Positions 10,580 through 21,130 of a DNA stretch of 64,000 nt are shown one piece after another (positions within the stretch are counted from its first letter, which is position 1; each line of letters opens with the position of its first letter). Origin of the DNA: Bacteroidota bacterium (GTDB lineage Bacteria; Bacteroidota; Bacteroidia; Cytophagales; Cyclobacteriaceae). The DNA is taken from contig VGMU01000006.1 of the NCBI GenBank assembly GCA_016866385.1, positions 9,750-73,749 of the forward strand. The letters run 5' to 3'. The notes under the pieces are model-generated. The model ran no database searches and had not been told where the DNA came from. It saw only the letters and a program-made list of their open reading frames with translations. The translations under genes and the position numbers were made by a program.

Positions 10580-12907
10580 TTAAAGCATTCCCTCTATGGA
10601 TTTCTCTAGTTCTCTAGCAGTACTTAAGAATTCCTCCACGTTCATGTCTCGGAAGAAAATCAATCCGTGACTGGCCCTTACTTTGGCATGATCGTGTTGA
10701 TAAAAGTAATTTTTACCCAAGAGCAATTGAATATCGTTGAGCTGTCCTACCCAGGTTCGTTTGGCTACGGTGCTAAATTTCCCATTGTGTACATAACTTG
10801 GAAAGGAGGCATGCACCTGGCTGAGGTAACAGTTGGCAAAGGAATCCTCCATGACTGACATGTCTCCTAAAGATACCGGCACAATCACATTGGCTTCCTG
10901 GGGTTCAAATTTGAACCACACGTTGCGGTATCCGATGATGCGGAGTTGGCTAGTGTCTCGTTCTTCCGACCATTTTTTTACTGCGGCTGCTGTAGCCTGT
11001 AGCACCTTGTAATGGGTGTCTGGACCGGAGCCCTCAGGGTCTAGGGTAAGGCTGATTTTGGTAGGTTGTATTCGGCGAAGCATGTCTACGATGGGCTCCA
11101 CGTCACGCGTTTTGTCGGGCTGCTCGGTGAAAATATCTCCTGTGTAAAACCCTAGTCGCAGGTGATGTACATTTTTGACTTGTACCCCAAAGTGAGCCCA
11201 GACCAATTCCTCTTCAAATTCCCGAATCATTCCCTTTAATTTTTGAATCTTGGAAGGATTTTTTTCCCCATCATAGGAGTGTTTCAGCAAGCTGATGACT
11301 TCATTGATGGTCTCACGGAGTTGGGTTTTATCTTTGATTTCCCAGAGAATGCACAAGGCCCTAACCACTCGGTGGGACAGCCCTCTTTTTCTAGCCTCGA
11401 CGTTTTCTGAGGCTACATTGGTAAGAAAATGATATACATCTTTGTCTGTTTTCAAGCTGTAGCCCACTTCAAAGAAGTCCTCGTAATTGGTCATTTGAAT
11501 TTTTCCATCGTCCAACAATTTTTTGGTGTGGAGTAGGGTGTCAATCACAAAAGTGTTGGTGACAGCAGTGAATCCTGAGGTCAATACCGAAAAATGGGCT
11601 GCATTGCTCGGTTCATGGAGTTGGTTGGTGATGTGGGGGAGTATGCCCAAGGAAATGTCATCGTGATGAGGTCCTGTATGCAACAATACCTGATTTTTCT
11701 CTTGTTCCAGCCCTTTGCTGATTTTTCCATCTACCCGTTGGATGACTTGCTGTACGGTGTCTTCAGAAAGATTGGGAATAAGCTTGCAGTATGGATCTGC
11801 TTTTAGCTGTTCTAACTTGAGACGATGCCCGTAGGTATTTAATTTTTTGCAGAGCTCAATCACCGCTCGATCCGTTTTCTCTGCCGTCCATTCGCCCTGT
11901 TGGTAATAGGCATCTACGGCATCGGTAAGCTTGCTTGCTGCCCCTTTGGTGAGGTAAAAACGACCGTTTTTAAGTTTTTGAAGGATGGTCGCTGGATGCA
12001 AGGTGGATAGGGGTGTCTCCAAGGAATCTTTAATTATCCCTGCTTTGGCTTCCCCAGCGGCAATGACTATCCCCACCGCATCTTTGTTGTAGACGATGGT
12101 TTCCAATCCTATGGTGATGACCAGACGATTGGCTGAAATCTCTATTCCTCCCAGATCCCCTGCGGCTACAGCCTGGGTTTCAAAATTGGTTTCGGTCAGG
12201 CGAGTGACCGAGAAGGGATGGGAGCCTCGAGTATTGAAGGCGATGTGGCCATCAGGACCTATGCCTCCTAAAAAAAAGCCAATTCCACCCTTGTCTCTAA
12301 TGCGCGCTTCGTAGTCACCACACCACTGATCAATAAGGTAAATGGATCGCTGCTGTAGCGCTTCTAAGGCAGAGGTAGGTTCTCTAAATCGAAGGCTAAG
12401 ATCTACTTTTAGGTCGGGAAAAAGTTTGCTAAAATGTTTCCCTTCCGCTAATGGAATCTCATCCGAATTGATGAGTAATGCATTTTTTTTGGATAGGCCA
12501 AACCCTTCGAGGTAAAAGTTATTGACGTAGTGGTAAAAGCTGTTGTGTTGCTTGGAAGAAATGGGATAAAATTCATCGATTTGAACGAAGGACAGGTCTT
12601 TCAAGCTTGGTTTTTGTAGTTTGCCCAATCCATACGTTTCTCGGATTTCTTTCCCCTTTTTTGTGTCCCAATTGGCCAGTAGATACTGCGTCCATTTGAT
12701 AAAAAATTCAGGAGTTTTTCCTGTGGGCAAACTGATCACTCCTTGGGGATTAGTATCCACCCATTCTAAAAATCTACACGCCGTAAGCAAGCCCAGTTTG
12801 GGAAAATTATCTACAACCAAGTAGGGCAGGAGCGTGCTCATTTTTTCTATCCCAGATTCGCTTAGAAAAGCCTTTTCAACTGGGGAAAGTGGATGAGATG
12901 TCAGCAT
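10580..12907 (-). CDS. nagB: long-form glucosamine-6-phosphate deaminase (NagB-like domain fused to PIG-L/LmbE-like domain)
   Basis: N-terminal NagB-type fold motifs (LPTGKTP, GGIGPDGHIAFN) and a central GPHHDDISLG PIG-L-type motif. This architecture is common in Bacteroidota. Confidence 0.8.
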   Translation of the reverse strand: MLTSHPLSPVEKAFLSESGIEKMSTLLPYLVVDNFPKLGLLTACRFLEWVDTNPQGVISLPTGKTPEFFIKWTQYLLANWDTKKGKEIRETYGLGKLQKPSLKDLSFVQIDEFYPISSKQHNSFYHYVNNFYLEGFGLSKKNALLINSDEIPLAEGKHFSKLFPDLKVDLSLRFREPTSALEALQQRSIYLIDQWCGDYEARIRDKGGIGFFLGGIGPDGHIAFNTRGSHPFSVTRLTETNFETQAVAAGDLGGIEISANRLVITIGLETIVYNKDAVGIVIAAGEAKAGIIKDSLETPLSTLHPATILQKLKNGRFYLTKGAASKLTDAVDAYYQQGEWTAEKTDRAVIELCKKLNTYGHRLKLEQLKADPYCKLIPNLSEDTVQQVIQRVDGKISKGLEQEKNQVLLHTGPHHDDISLGILPHITNQLHEPSNAAHFSVLTSGFTAVTNTFVIDTLLHTKKLLDDGKIQMTNYEDFFEVGYSLKTDKDVYHFLTNVASENVEARKRGLSHRVVRALCILWEIKDKTQLRETINEVISLLKHSYDGEKNPSKIQKLKGMIREFEEELVWAHFGVQVKNVHHLRLGFYTGDIFTEQPDKTRDVEPIVDMLRRIQPTKISLTLDPEGSGPDTHYKVLQATAAAVKKWSEERDTSQLRIIGYRNVWFKFEPQEANVIVPVSLGDMSVMEDSFANCYLSQVHASFPSYVHNGKFSTVAKRTWVGQLNDIQLLLGKNYFYQHDHAKVRASHGLIFFRDMNVEEFLSTARELEKSIEGML

Positions 12908-13141
12908 GAGAGAAGTGTTTAAAGGATAGCTTTTGTACTATTTTAAAGGAAGTCTCTGGTCTATTTTCCTCGCCCCAATTCCCCAGCCAACCGCTGAGAA
13001 ATTTTATACCCCCACTGAAGCCAGATACTTAAATAAAGGTAGAAAAAATTTTTAGTCAAAAAGCTAACTTTCATAAAAAAATTAATAAAGTTTAATTCAT
13101 AAAATAAAAATATAGGTTAATTAAATTTTTTTAGTTCAAGC

Positions 13142-13175
13142 AAAAAAAACTACCTCAGCAAAAACGCTGAGGTAG
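13142..13175 (-). terminator. rho-independent terminator of sucD
   Basis: Perfect 10-bp stem CTACCTCAGC/GCTGAGGTAG with a 6-nt loop. An 8-nt A-run on the plus strand gives the T-run on the minus strand. Confidence 0.75.
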
Positions 13176-13203
13176 TTGGAATATACTTCTTGTAAAGACC
13201 AGG

Positions 13204-14085
13204 CTAAGCGATAATTCCCAATGCTTTGGCCATGGTAGCTCCTATTTCCGCTGGGGACTCTGCTACGAGAATGCCGTTGTCCCTCATGATCCGCATTTTG
13301 GCTGCTGCGGTATCGTCTGCTCCACCGATGATGGCTCCAGCATGTCCCATTCTTCTTCCTGGAGGGGCAGTTTGTCCAGCAATAAATCCTACTACGGGTT
13401 TTTTATTTCCTTGTTCATGTACCCATCGCGCGGCTTCAGCTTCATAATTACCCCCAATTTCTCCTATCATGATGATGGCATCGGTCTCGGGATCATTCAT
13501 CAATAACTCCAGCGCTTGCTTAGTAGACGTACCGATGATAGGATCCCCACCTATCCCGATAGCCGTAGATACACCTAAACCTGCCTTAGCCACTTGGTCT
13601 GCAGCCTCATAAGTCAATGTTCCTGACTTGGAAACAATTCCTATTCTTCCTGATTTGAAAACAAATCCTGGCATGATACCCACCTTGGCTTCCCCTGGAG
13701 TAATGACTCCTGGGCAGTTGGGTCCAATCAATACGCAGCCTCTTTCCTTGATATAAGGTTTGGCGCGCATCATGTCGGCCACAGGGATTCCTTCTGTAAT
13801 GGCAATGATCACCTTGATGCCAGCATCGGCGGCTTCCATGATCGCATCTGCTGCAAATGCAGGGGGAACAAAAATAATGGATGTATCAGCCCCAGTTTTT
13901 TGAACGGCTTCTTCTACCGAGTTGAAGACCGGCTTGTCCAAATGCAAGGTGCCTCCTTTTCCTGGAGTAACTCCCCCAACTACCTGGGTACCGTATTCAA
14001 TCATTTGTTGGGCATGAAAAGATCCCTCAGATCCTGTAAATCCCTGTACTATTACTTTTGAATATTTATTGACAAGAACACTCAT
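13204..14085 (-). CDS. sucD: succinate--CoA ligase subunit alpha
   Basis: [23 protein letters not shown] and MGHAGAII (phosphohistidine) motifs. Confidence 0.95.
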   Translation of the reverse strand: MSVLVNKYSKVIVQGFTGSEGSFHAQQMIEYGTQVVGGVTPGKGGTLHLDKPVFNSVEEAVQKTGADTSIIFVPPAFAADAIMEAADAGIKVIIAITEGIPVADMMRAKPYIKERGCVLIGPNCPGVITPGEAKVGIMPGFVFKSGRIGIVSKSGTLTYEAADQVAKAGLGVSTAIGIGGDPIIGTSTKQALELLMNDPETDAIIMIGEIGGNYEAEAARWVHEQGNKKPVVGFIAGQTAPPGRRMGHAGAIIGGADDTAAAKMRIMRDNGILVAESPAEIGATMAKALGIIA

Positions 14086-14348
14086 GTGCAGCTAGGTGAA
14101 GTTTGGCACAAAAATAGAACAAAGCACCCCTGCTTCAAAGCAAAAGACTAACATTCTGTTGGGAATTTGGATCCCTTATTTTTTGCTACGCATCACTTAG
14201 CCTACTACGCTCTTACCGATTATTTTTCCTAAGAATTTTTAAATGTCTGAGTTGTATGGGGATAGTTTGCATCCTACCTTTGCTGTGCTCTTTTGGACTG
14301 TTATAACCTGTAAGGAGTAGATTTAATTTTTCTTTGTTAGAAGTACAC

Positions 14349-14981
14349 ATGCTTGTCCAAACCAAGTCCTTATCTTTTTCTTATCCAGGGCAGGAAACCC
14401 TTACCTTTCCTGATATTTCCCTTGCCGCGGGGGAAGCCTTGCTGGTGTTAGGAAAATCTGGAAGTGGAAAAACTACCTTTTTAAACCTCCTTTCTGGTCT
14501 ATTACCTCCAAAACACGGACAAGTCATCCTGGATGGAACCATCCTTTCAGAATTAAGGGGCCAGCGCTTAGATCAATTTCGTGCATCCCATCTAGGCATT
14601 GTATTTCAAAAGCCTCACCTCATTGCCGCACTTTCGGTAAAAGAAAACCTTGAAATAGCTCGATATTTTGTAAAAACTAAGGGCAATCCCATTCCCTCTC
14701 TTTTACAGGAATTGGGTATTGAAGACAAGGCGAAGGCTTCGGTAGCTACCCTCAGCGAAGGAGAGGCGCAGCGGGTATCCATTGCACGAGCCTTGGTCAA
14801 TTCTCCCAAATTGATTTTGGCAGACGAGCCTACCTCCAGTTTGGACGATGAGCATGCCGAGATCGTCATCCATCTTTTGAAAGAACAAGCCATAACTGTA
14901 GGTGCTGCACTCGTTATCGTCACCCACGATCAGCGGGTCAAAGCCTCGATTTCAAACATAGTTGAAGTGAAACGCCGATGA
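14349..14981 (+). CDS. ABC transporter ATP-binding protein (FtsE/LolD-like)
   Basis: Walker A GKSGSGKTT, signature LSEGEAQRV, Walker B LILADEPT. The track start at 14334 is a TTG extension. Confidence 0.9.
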   Translation: MLVQTKSLSFSYPGQETLTFPDISLAAGEALLVLGKSGSGKTTFLNLLSGLLPPKHGQVILDGTILSELRGQRLDQFRASHLGIVFQKPHLIAALSVKENLEIARYFVKTKGNPIPSLLQELGIEDKAKASVATLSEGEAQRVSIARALVNSPKLILADEPTSSLDDEHAEIVIHLLKEQAITVGAALVIVTHDQRVKASISNIVEVKRR

Positions 14982-16204
14982 ATCTGGTCAAGCTAAGCTG
15001 GAAATACCTCACCTTTCGCCCCCTTTCCACGGGACTCAACCTCCTGTTGCTCGCCTTCGGTCTGTCCATCATCACCGTACTGCTTTTGGTTCAGGACCAA
15101 CTGGAGAAAAAAATTACCCAAGATGCAGCAGGAATTGACCTGGTAGTAGGGGCAAAGGGGAGTCCATTGCAATTAATTCTTTCCTCAGTATACCATGTGG
15201 ATTTTCCAACAGGAAACATCAACATGGAGGAAGCCATGCGAATATCAAGCAGTAGATTGATCAAGCAAGTGATTCCTCTTGCCTTAGGAGACAACGTGCA
15301 AGGCTTGCGCGTTGTGGGTACCAACCACGATTTTCTTAGCTTGAATCAAGCAGAATTTGCATCCGGAAAACCTTGGGAATATCCCTTTGAAGTGATTTTA
15401 GGCGCTGAATCCGCTCGCTTGCTCAAGTTACAACTTGGAGACAGTTTCCTAGGAAGTCATGGAATTAGCGTAGGCAGTCACGACCATGAACAACATCCCT
15501 TCAAGGTTACAGGAATTTTGGCGCCCACTGGCAAGGGGATAGATCGCCTTGTTTTAACCAGCATAGAATCTCTATGGTATACCCATGAGGAAGCAGATTC
15601 TACTCTTTCCTCCACCATAAATCTGCCGGTTAGCACCCAAGGTTTTCCGCCTGCAGGACAGGACCGAGAGGTAACCTCCCTATTGATTCAATTTAGAAAT
15701 CCCATGGGGGCAATTCAGCTCCCAAGAATGATTAATTCCGGTACCTCCATGCAAGCGGCTTCTCCAGCCTTTGAGATGGCAAGACTGTTTGAATTGCTTG
15801 GCATAGGGGTAAAAGTCCTTCAAGGCTTGGCTATCGTGGTGATTTTGATAGCAGGACTGGGCATTTTTATTGCCCTTTATAATTCCCTCAAAGAGCGAAA
15901 ATACGACCTTGCCCTTTTGAGGGCCTTGGGTGCATCAAGAATGCAATTGGTAGCCTTGGTAGTTATGGAAAGCATCTTGCTCACTACCCTGGGCGCAGGA
16001 CTTGGATTGTTGATGGGACATGGTCTATTGGCAGTTTTGGTAGCGTTCACTACGGAAGAGGCCTTTTCTGTACTTCAACCTTGGGTATTTCTTCCCCAAG
16101 AAGGCTTGATAATTGGATATGCCCTGGCAGTAGGCTTCCTAGCCTCTTTGTTGCCTGCCTGGTCGGCCTACCAAACCAGTATTGCAAAGCAACTTACAAA
16201 GTAG
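14978..16204 (+). CDS. ABC transporter permease (FtsX/MacB-like)
   Basis: 4-nt overlap with the ATPase. N-terminal TM, large extracytoplasmic loop and C-terminal FtsX-type TM bundle. Confidence 0.85.
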   Translation: MNLVKLSWKYLTFRPLSTGLNLLLLAFGLSIITVLLLVQDQLEKKITQDAAGIDLVVGAKGSPLQLILSSVYHVDFPTGNINMEEAMRISSSRLIKQVIPLALGDNVQGLRVVGTNHDFLSLNQAEFASGKPWEYPFEVILGAESARLLKLQLGDSFLGSHGISVGSHDHEQHPFKVTGILAPTGKGIDRLVLTSIESLWYTHEEADSTLSSTINLPVSTQGFPPAGQDREVTSLLIQFRNPMGAIQLPRMINSGTSMQAASPAFEMARLFELLGIGVKVLQGLAIVVILIAGLGIFIALYNSLKERKYDLALLRALGASRMQLVALVVMESILLTTLGAGLGLLMGHGLLAVLVAFTTEEAFSVLQPWVFLPQEGLIIGYALAVGFLASLLPAWSAYQTSIAKQLTK

Positions 16205-16228
16205 TAATTAGCGTAATATTTAGTTAGG

Positions 16229-16666
16229 ATGAAAAAATCGATTTTAGTTGTTTTTATACTGATCTGTGGCTCCGCTTTTATCAATTCTGCAATAGCTCAA
16301 GGAGTTTGGAAAAATCTCTCTGAGGTGACTTACAAAATCAGTAAGGATAATTTTGGGGAACTCTATGTTCCTGTATTCTCAGAGAATATCAAAAAATTAG
16401 AAGGCAAGGTGGTGGAGGCGGACGGATATATTATCCCCTTCGAAGGGATGTTTAAGCCCAATCACATCATCCTATCTAGCTTACCCCTTGCCGAATGTTT
16501 TTTTTGCGGTTCGGGAGGACCAGAAACCGTGATGGAAGCGATGATGAGCGCTCCGATCAAATACACCTCCAAGCGGGTGAAAGTTCGTGGCAAGCTCACC
16601 TTGAATGCAAATGACCCTGAGAAGTTGATGTACATCCTCAAAGAGGCTGTACTGGTTGAAAACTAG
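16229..16666 (+). CDS. secreted DUF3299-like protein
   Basis: Signal peptide; GYIIPFE and CFFCGSGGPE segments resemble DUF3299 proteins, which usually follow this ABC pair. Confidence 0.6.
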   Translation: MKKSILVVFILICGSAFINSAIAQGVWKNLSEVTYKISKDNFGELYVPVFSENIKKLEGKVVEADGYIIPFEGMFKPNHIILSSLPLAECFFCGSGGPETVMEAMMSAPIKYTSKRVKVRGKLTLNANDPEKLMYILKEAVLVEN

Positions 16667-16678
16667 TTCGATCTAAAT

Positions 16679-17527
16679 TTATTTGGCAAAAAGGAAAGCT
16701 TTTTCGCGCTCTCGGAATTTTGCCATTAGATCTAAACTTACCTTTCCTACTTTTCCTGATCCTACTTTTCTATCGTCAATCTGCGTTACCGGCAATAAAA
16801 TCTTGGTGGTCGCAGAGATAAAAGCCTCATCTGCTTCCCAAACCTCTTTCAAGGCAATGGGTCGGATCTGTACCTCTCCAGCTACTTCCAATAAATGCTT
16901 TCGAGTGATGCCTAGGAGAATGTGCTTATCTGGGGTGTGGATGACTCCATCTTTGACGATAAAGAAATTGCTTCGGGAGCTCTCACTTACCCAGCCATTC
17001 CAGTGGTACAAGACGTCTTCTGCACCTTGTTGCTTCCACTGCATGCTATGCCATACAGGTAGGGTATAGTTGGTGGTTTTGATGTCTGCAATGGCACGCA
17101 CATGCTCCAAGCTGAGTAATTTGACGCCCTGCTGGTATTTCTCTTCGGAAGGGAAACTCAGTTCTTCTCCAAAAATAAAGAGGGTACCTGCACTTGGGGA
17201 AAAGTGGTTTTCTGATACTCCACCCGTCAACACCATGCGGATACCGCCTTGCTTCAAGTCATTTTTGTCTATCAACTCGGTAATAACGGCGCGTAACTCT
17301 TCTCGAGAATAGGGCAGGGGCAAGTAGGTTTTTGCCGCTGAAGCGGTAAATCGATCTAAGTAATCTTCCAAAAACACAGGGCGATACTGCTCGGTACGGA
17401 AAAAATCAAAAATCCCGTAGCCACGAATGACAGCCAGATCAGCGGGATGAAGGCGAGCCTCTTGAGTTGGGATAATGTTCCCATTAGCAAAGCAGAATGG
17501 TTTCATGGCATCAAAGTAAGTAATCAA
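16679..17527 (-). CDS. class IV aminotransferase (branched-chain/D-amino-acid aminotransferase or ADC-lyase type)
   Basis: RGYGIFDFFR motif, fold-type IV length, TTKILLPV segment. The start could be Met at 17506. Confidence 0.8.
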   Translation of the reverse strand: MITYFDAMKPFCFANGNIIPTQEARLHPADLAVIRGYGIFDFFRTEQYRPVFLEDYLDRFTASAAKTYLPLPYSREELRAVITELIDKNDLKQGGIRMVLTGGVSENHFSPSAGTLFIFGEELSFPSEEKYQQGVKLLSLEHVRAIADIKTTNYTLPVWHSMQWKQQGAEDVLYHWNGWVSESSRSNFFIVKDGVIHTPDKHILLGITRKHLLEVAGEVQIRPIALKEVWEADEAFISATTKILLPVTQIDDRKVGSGKVGKVSLDLMAKFREREKAFLFAK

Positions 17528-17613
17528 AATTAGGACTAAAATTCACATGGGCTTCGCCAAAGGCTGTAGTTTCTTTTTTAATTTTGAAAATTAATAAACA
17601 CAAACTACCTCCC

Positions 17614-18036
17614 ATGAAATTAGTTCCATCTGCCTTGACCCTTTTGGTCTCTTTTCTAATCCTTTCTTGTGCCAATCCCTTAATAGAAGAAAATAAAAAG
17701 TTGCGTGAGCAAATTATCGGGGTGCACGATGAGGTGATGCCCAAAATGGGTGAGTTAAAAGCTTTGGAGAAAAAAGCCTCTGAACAGGCAGATAGTTTGT
17801 ATGCTCAAGACAGCACGGCTACCGCCGAAATCGAATCCTTGCGCAGTCTAGCTAGCCAACTCAATCAAGCCCACGAAGACATGTTTGTTTGGATGAGGCA
17901 ATATTCATTGGAGGAGGAAGGAAAGACCCCTGAGGAAATAAAGATATACCTGGATGAGCAGTGGGTCAAAGTCAATCAAGTCAATAAATCCATCCAATCT
18001 GCACTCCAACAAGCCGAGGAAAAAATAAAGCATTAA
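17614..18036 (+). CDS. hypothetical lipoprotein
   Basis: MKLVPSALTLLVSFLILSCAN lipobox followed by helical, low-complexity sequence. The track start at 17584 is a TTG extension. Confidence 0.55.
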   Translation: MKLVPSALTLLVSFLILSCANPLIEENKKLREQIIGVHDEVMPKMGELKALEKKASEQADSLYAQDSTATAEIESLRSLASQLNQAHEDMFVWMRQYSLEEEGKTPEEIKIYLDEQWVKVNQVNKSIQSALQQAEEKIKH

Positions 18037-18485
18037 TTAGCTCTAGGCTGTTCGCGGAGAAAGGCTTCCACCCGAGGAGCGTCGATGACTCCTTCCTGGT
18101 TACCCCAAATATTGTAGAGATAGGTACTGATTTGGGCGATTTCTAAGGGACTAAGTTTGGGATTGGCAGGCATGGCTTGGTTGTAAGTTTGTCCATTGAC
18201 TAGGATTTCACCATCTTTTCCATGCCTCATGATCCATACACTGCGGTGGACATTGCTTTTAAAATAGTCCGCATCTCGCAAAGGAGGGATCAGTTTTCCT
18301 AGGCCCTTTCCATCTTTCTGATGGCAATTGGCACAATGGCTATCGTACAGTTCTTTTCCAGGTATGGCAAATTGTAGCACCTTAGTATCTGAAATGGAAG
18401 CCAAGTAATTTGCCTCGTCGGTAGCCTGTGGACTACAGCCAAAAGCACCTAAAAGCAAGAAAACAAGAAGCTTTTTGGCCCTCAT
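18033..18485 (-). CDS. class I c-type cytochrome
   Basis: Signal/lipobox (GAFGCS) and a single CANCH heme-binding motif with a downstream Met ligand region (QAMP). Confidence 0.8.
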   Translation of the reverse strand: MRAKKLLVFLLLGAFGCSPQATDEANYLASISDTKVLQFAIPGKELYDSHCANCHQKDGKGLGKLIPPLRDADYFKSNVHRSVWIMRHGKDGEILVNGQTYNQAMPANPKLSPLEIAQISTYLYNIWGNQEGVIDAPRVEAFLREQPRAN

Positions 18486-19123
18486 GGTTGCAGGAGTTTG
18501 GGAATATCAGCGAGCAAGCGATCCACCTGATCCGACTTGGTGCCGTCGTAGACTCCCCGAATTCTTCCTTGTCGATCGATCAATAGAAAAGCCCCGCTAT
18601 GGAGAAATCCTCCGGGTTCTTGCTGATCCTCCATGGCGGTAGTCAGGTAACTGGTTTGGCCAAGTTCAAATATTTGCTCTTGGTCACCGGTTAAAAAATT
18701 CCAAGTACTTGCATTTGGAACTCCAAGTTTTTCCGCATAATCTTTGAGTACTTCCACCGTATCGTGCTTGGGGTCAATGGAGTGGCTGAGTATTCTAAAA
18801 TCAGGTGAAATTTTAAACTGCTCATATACCCGAAGCATTTCTTTTTTCATGACCGGGCAGATGGTAGGGCAGGAGGTAAAAAAGAAGTCAGCCACATAAA
18901 CTTTACCTAGTACATCTTCGCGTTGCAGGGTGTCCCCCAGTTGATTAAGTAGGGAAAAGTCAGCAATGGTATGGTATACGGTATCTTGGCCCTCCTCCAC
19001 GTACCGTTCACCAAGAATGGGCAATGGAGGAGATGTTGAATTTTCTTTGCTGCCCGAGCTACATCCAAAACATAGAGATACAAAAAGGAGCAGGTGACAG
19101 ATAGAGTAAGATCTAGCTAGCAT
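18482..19123 (-). CDS. SCO1/SenC-family copper chaperone
   Basis: Thioredoxin fold with FFFTSCPTICP motif and conserved His region (HS). 4-nt overlap with the cytochrome c gene. Confidence 0.9.
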   Translation of the reverse strand: MLARSYSICHLLLFVSLCFGCSSGSKENSTSPPLPILGERYVEEGQDTVYHTIADFSLLNQLGDTLQREDVLGKVYVADFFFTSCPTICPVMKKEMLRVYEQFKISPDFRILSHSIDPKHDTVEVLKDYAEKLGVPNASTWNFLTGDQEQIFELGQTSYLTTAMEDQQEPGGFLHSGAFLLIDRQGRIRGVYDGTKSDQVDRLLADIPKLLQP

Positions 19124-19124
19124 G

Positions 19125-19664
19125 TTATTGATTTCTAATTTTTTTATACATCCGTATCCCCAGCATCAGTACTAGGCCTAGGCCAATTAAAGCGGCTATT
19201 CCCCAGGCCATGTGTAAGGTATTTTTTAAGACAATGAGAAATACGATGGCAAACAACAAAAGGGTGGCCAACTCATTCCAAATTCGAAGTTGGGTAGAAT
19301 TCCACCTGACTATACCCTTTTGTAACTCCATAAATAGCAAGTGATTACAACCGTGGTAAAGATACAATAGGCCTACCAGAGCTAATTTGACCCACATAAA
19401 CTCTTCTTGCAAGTAACCCCAGCGGAAGCTTAATACCCAATATCCAAAAATCAGCGTCAAAATAGCAGAAGGCCAGGTGATGATATACCACAGCCTACTA
19501 GCCATAAGGGCTAATTGAGGTGCAAGAATTTTACGTTCTGCTTCGGGCCTAGCCAAGGCTTCTGTTTGGTAAATAAATAGCCGGACGATGTAAAATAACC
19601 CTGCAAACCAGGTAATAATAAAAATGAGGTGTAAGGCTTTGATGACTTCGAAACCCATTGTCAA
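19125..19664 (-). CDS. hemJ: HemJ-type protoporphyrinogen IX oxidase (CopD/UPF0093 family membrane protein)
   Basis: KALHLIFIITWFAGLFYIVRLFIY N-terminal signature and 4-5 TM helices. Confidence 0.75.
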   Translation of the reverse strand: MTMGFEVIKALHLIFIITWFAGLFYIVRLFIYQTEALARPEAERKILAPQLALMASRLWYIITWPSAILTLIFGYWVLSFRWGYLQEEFMWVKLALVGLLYLYHGCNHLLFMELQKGIVRWNSTQLRIWNELATLLLFAIVFLIVLKNTLHMAWGIAALIGLGLVLMLGIRMYKKIRNQ

Positions 19665-19712
19665 TATTTTAGGCTAAATTAAGGGCAAAACTCCACAAAC
19701 CCTCGAAAGTTT

Positions 19713-20117
19713 TTGAAAAGGACTAAACTAACCTTCTTTTTTGTAGGAGCAGCAGTGCTTTTGGTGTTGGTATGGATACTCCAGGAAAGTTTTTTCCAGC
19801 AAGAAAAAACAGAGTTTAAGGGAAAATTTTTGGAAATTGGCTATTATCGAAACGAAAACAATACGGGTCCGGTTTTGAGAATATATGCCATTCAAACTTC
19901 GGAAAAAGATCCAAAGGCAATGAGTGATTTTGCCTCCACCTTTCCACATACCAATTACGGAAGAACTTTGGTGTTTTTCTTTTCCGAACAGCAACAGGCT
20001 ACCATACCCCTTCAAGCAGAGGCCCCTCATTTTCCTGCACTTTTTTATGAATATTTGATTGCCTCTTACGAAAAAACACCCCTGGGAGAATCACGATTTC
20101 AGCTGGTAAAGCCATGA
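19713..20117 (+). CDS. hypothetical membrane-anchored protein
   Basis: TTG start, one N-terminal TM helix, ATGA overlap with meaB. No recognisable family. Confidence 0.45.
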   Translation: MKRTKLTFFFVGAAVLLVLVWILQESFFQQEKTEFKGKFLEIGYYRNENNTGPVLRIYAIQTSEKDPKAMSDFASTFPHTNYGRTLVFFFSEQQQATIPLQAEAPHFPALFYEYLIASYEKTPLGESRFQLVKP

Positions 20118-21130
20118 AAAACAGAAAAACGTTGCAAGAATATAAAGCGGGAATTTTGGCAGGGGATAGGGCTGTCTTGGGTCAAGCCATTACCCTTGTG
20201 GAAAGTTCCCTCGAGGAAGATCAAAGGCTTGCCTCTGCATTACTTCAAGAAGTTTTGCCTCACACAGGCAACTCCCTTCGCCTTGCAGTAACTGGCGTGC
20301 CTGGAGTAGGAAAAAGCAGTTTCATCGAAACTTTTGGAAAACTTCTCTTAAAAAAAGGCAAAAAAGTAGCCGTATTGGCCATTGACCCAAGCAGCTCCTT
20401 ATCACAGGGAAGTATTTTAGGAGATAAGACCAGAATGGAAGGCTTGTCCTTGGACAAGCGAGCCTATATTCGTCCTAGTCCCAGTCGCAGTGCTTTGGGG
20501 GGGGTAGGGGCAAAAACTCGTGAAGCCATCCTTTTTTGCGAAGCGGCAGGCTTCGATTTGATTTTAGTAGAAACTGTGGGTGTGGGCCAGAGTGAAACTT
20601 TGGTAAAGCACATGGTGGATTTTTTTCTTCTCCTTCTGCTTTCTGGGGCAGGTGATGAACTTCAGGGGATAAAAAAGGGAATCATGGAAATGGCAGATCA
20701 GGTAGTCATCCACAAGGCAGATGGAGAGGCTTTAGAACAAGCCAAACGGGCCAAGGCTACCTTTGAAAATGCCCTTCATTTTTTTCCTCCCAACGAAAAA
20801 AATTGGAATCCCAAGGTAATCCTTGCTTCCTCCTTGACTGGATTAGGTATGGACCAAGTCTGGGAAACCTTGTTGGAATACCAAGAAAAAATGAAATCAT
20901 CCGGCTTTTGGGAGCACAACCGCGCTCAACAACGACTTTTCTGGTTGGACGAACAAATAAAAGAAAACTTGACGCAGGTATTTTTAAAACATCCTGGAAT
21001 ACAAGAAACCCTGAAAAAAGAAAGAGATTTGGTGCAATCTGGGAAGTTGAATCCTAGCGTCTTGGCCGAGCGCCTGGTCCAAATGTTACTGGGAAAGGAT
21101 GCAATTGAACGAGCCAAAGGCTATCAATAG
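20114..21130 (+). CDS. meaB: methylmalonyl-CoA mutase-associated GTPase MeaB (ArgK)
   Basis: P-loop GVPGVGKSS, ETVGVGQSE and NKAD-like HKADG motifs. Confidence 0.9.
   Translation: MKNRKTLQEYKAGILAGDRAVLGQAITLVESSLEEDQRLASALLQEVLPHTGNSLRLAVTGVPGVGKSSFIETFGKLLLKKGKKVAVLAIDPSSSLSQGSILGDKTRMEGLSLDKRAYIRPSPSRSALGGVGAKTREAILFCEAAGFDLILVETVGVGQSETLVKHMVDFFLLLLLSGAGDELQGIKKGIMEMADQVVIHKADGEALEQAKRAKATFENALHFFPPNEKNWNPKVILASSLTGLGMDQVWETLLEYQEKMKSSGFWEHNRAQQRLFWLDEQIKENLTQVFLKHPGIQETLKKERDLVQSGKLNPSVLAERLVQMLLGKDAIERAKGYQ

Noticed and set aside
19665-19712. Possible cobalamin riboswitch upstream of the meaB/mutase genes
   Set aside because: The spacers (19665-19712 and 22543-22883) are too short or lack the conserved B12-box region. 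Mutase genes are not usual riboswitch targets.
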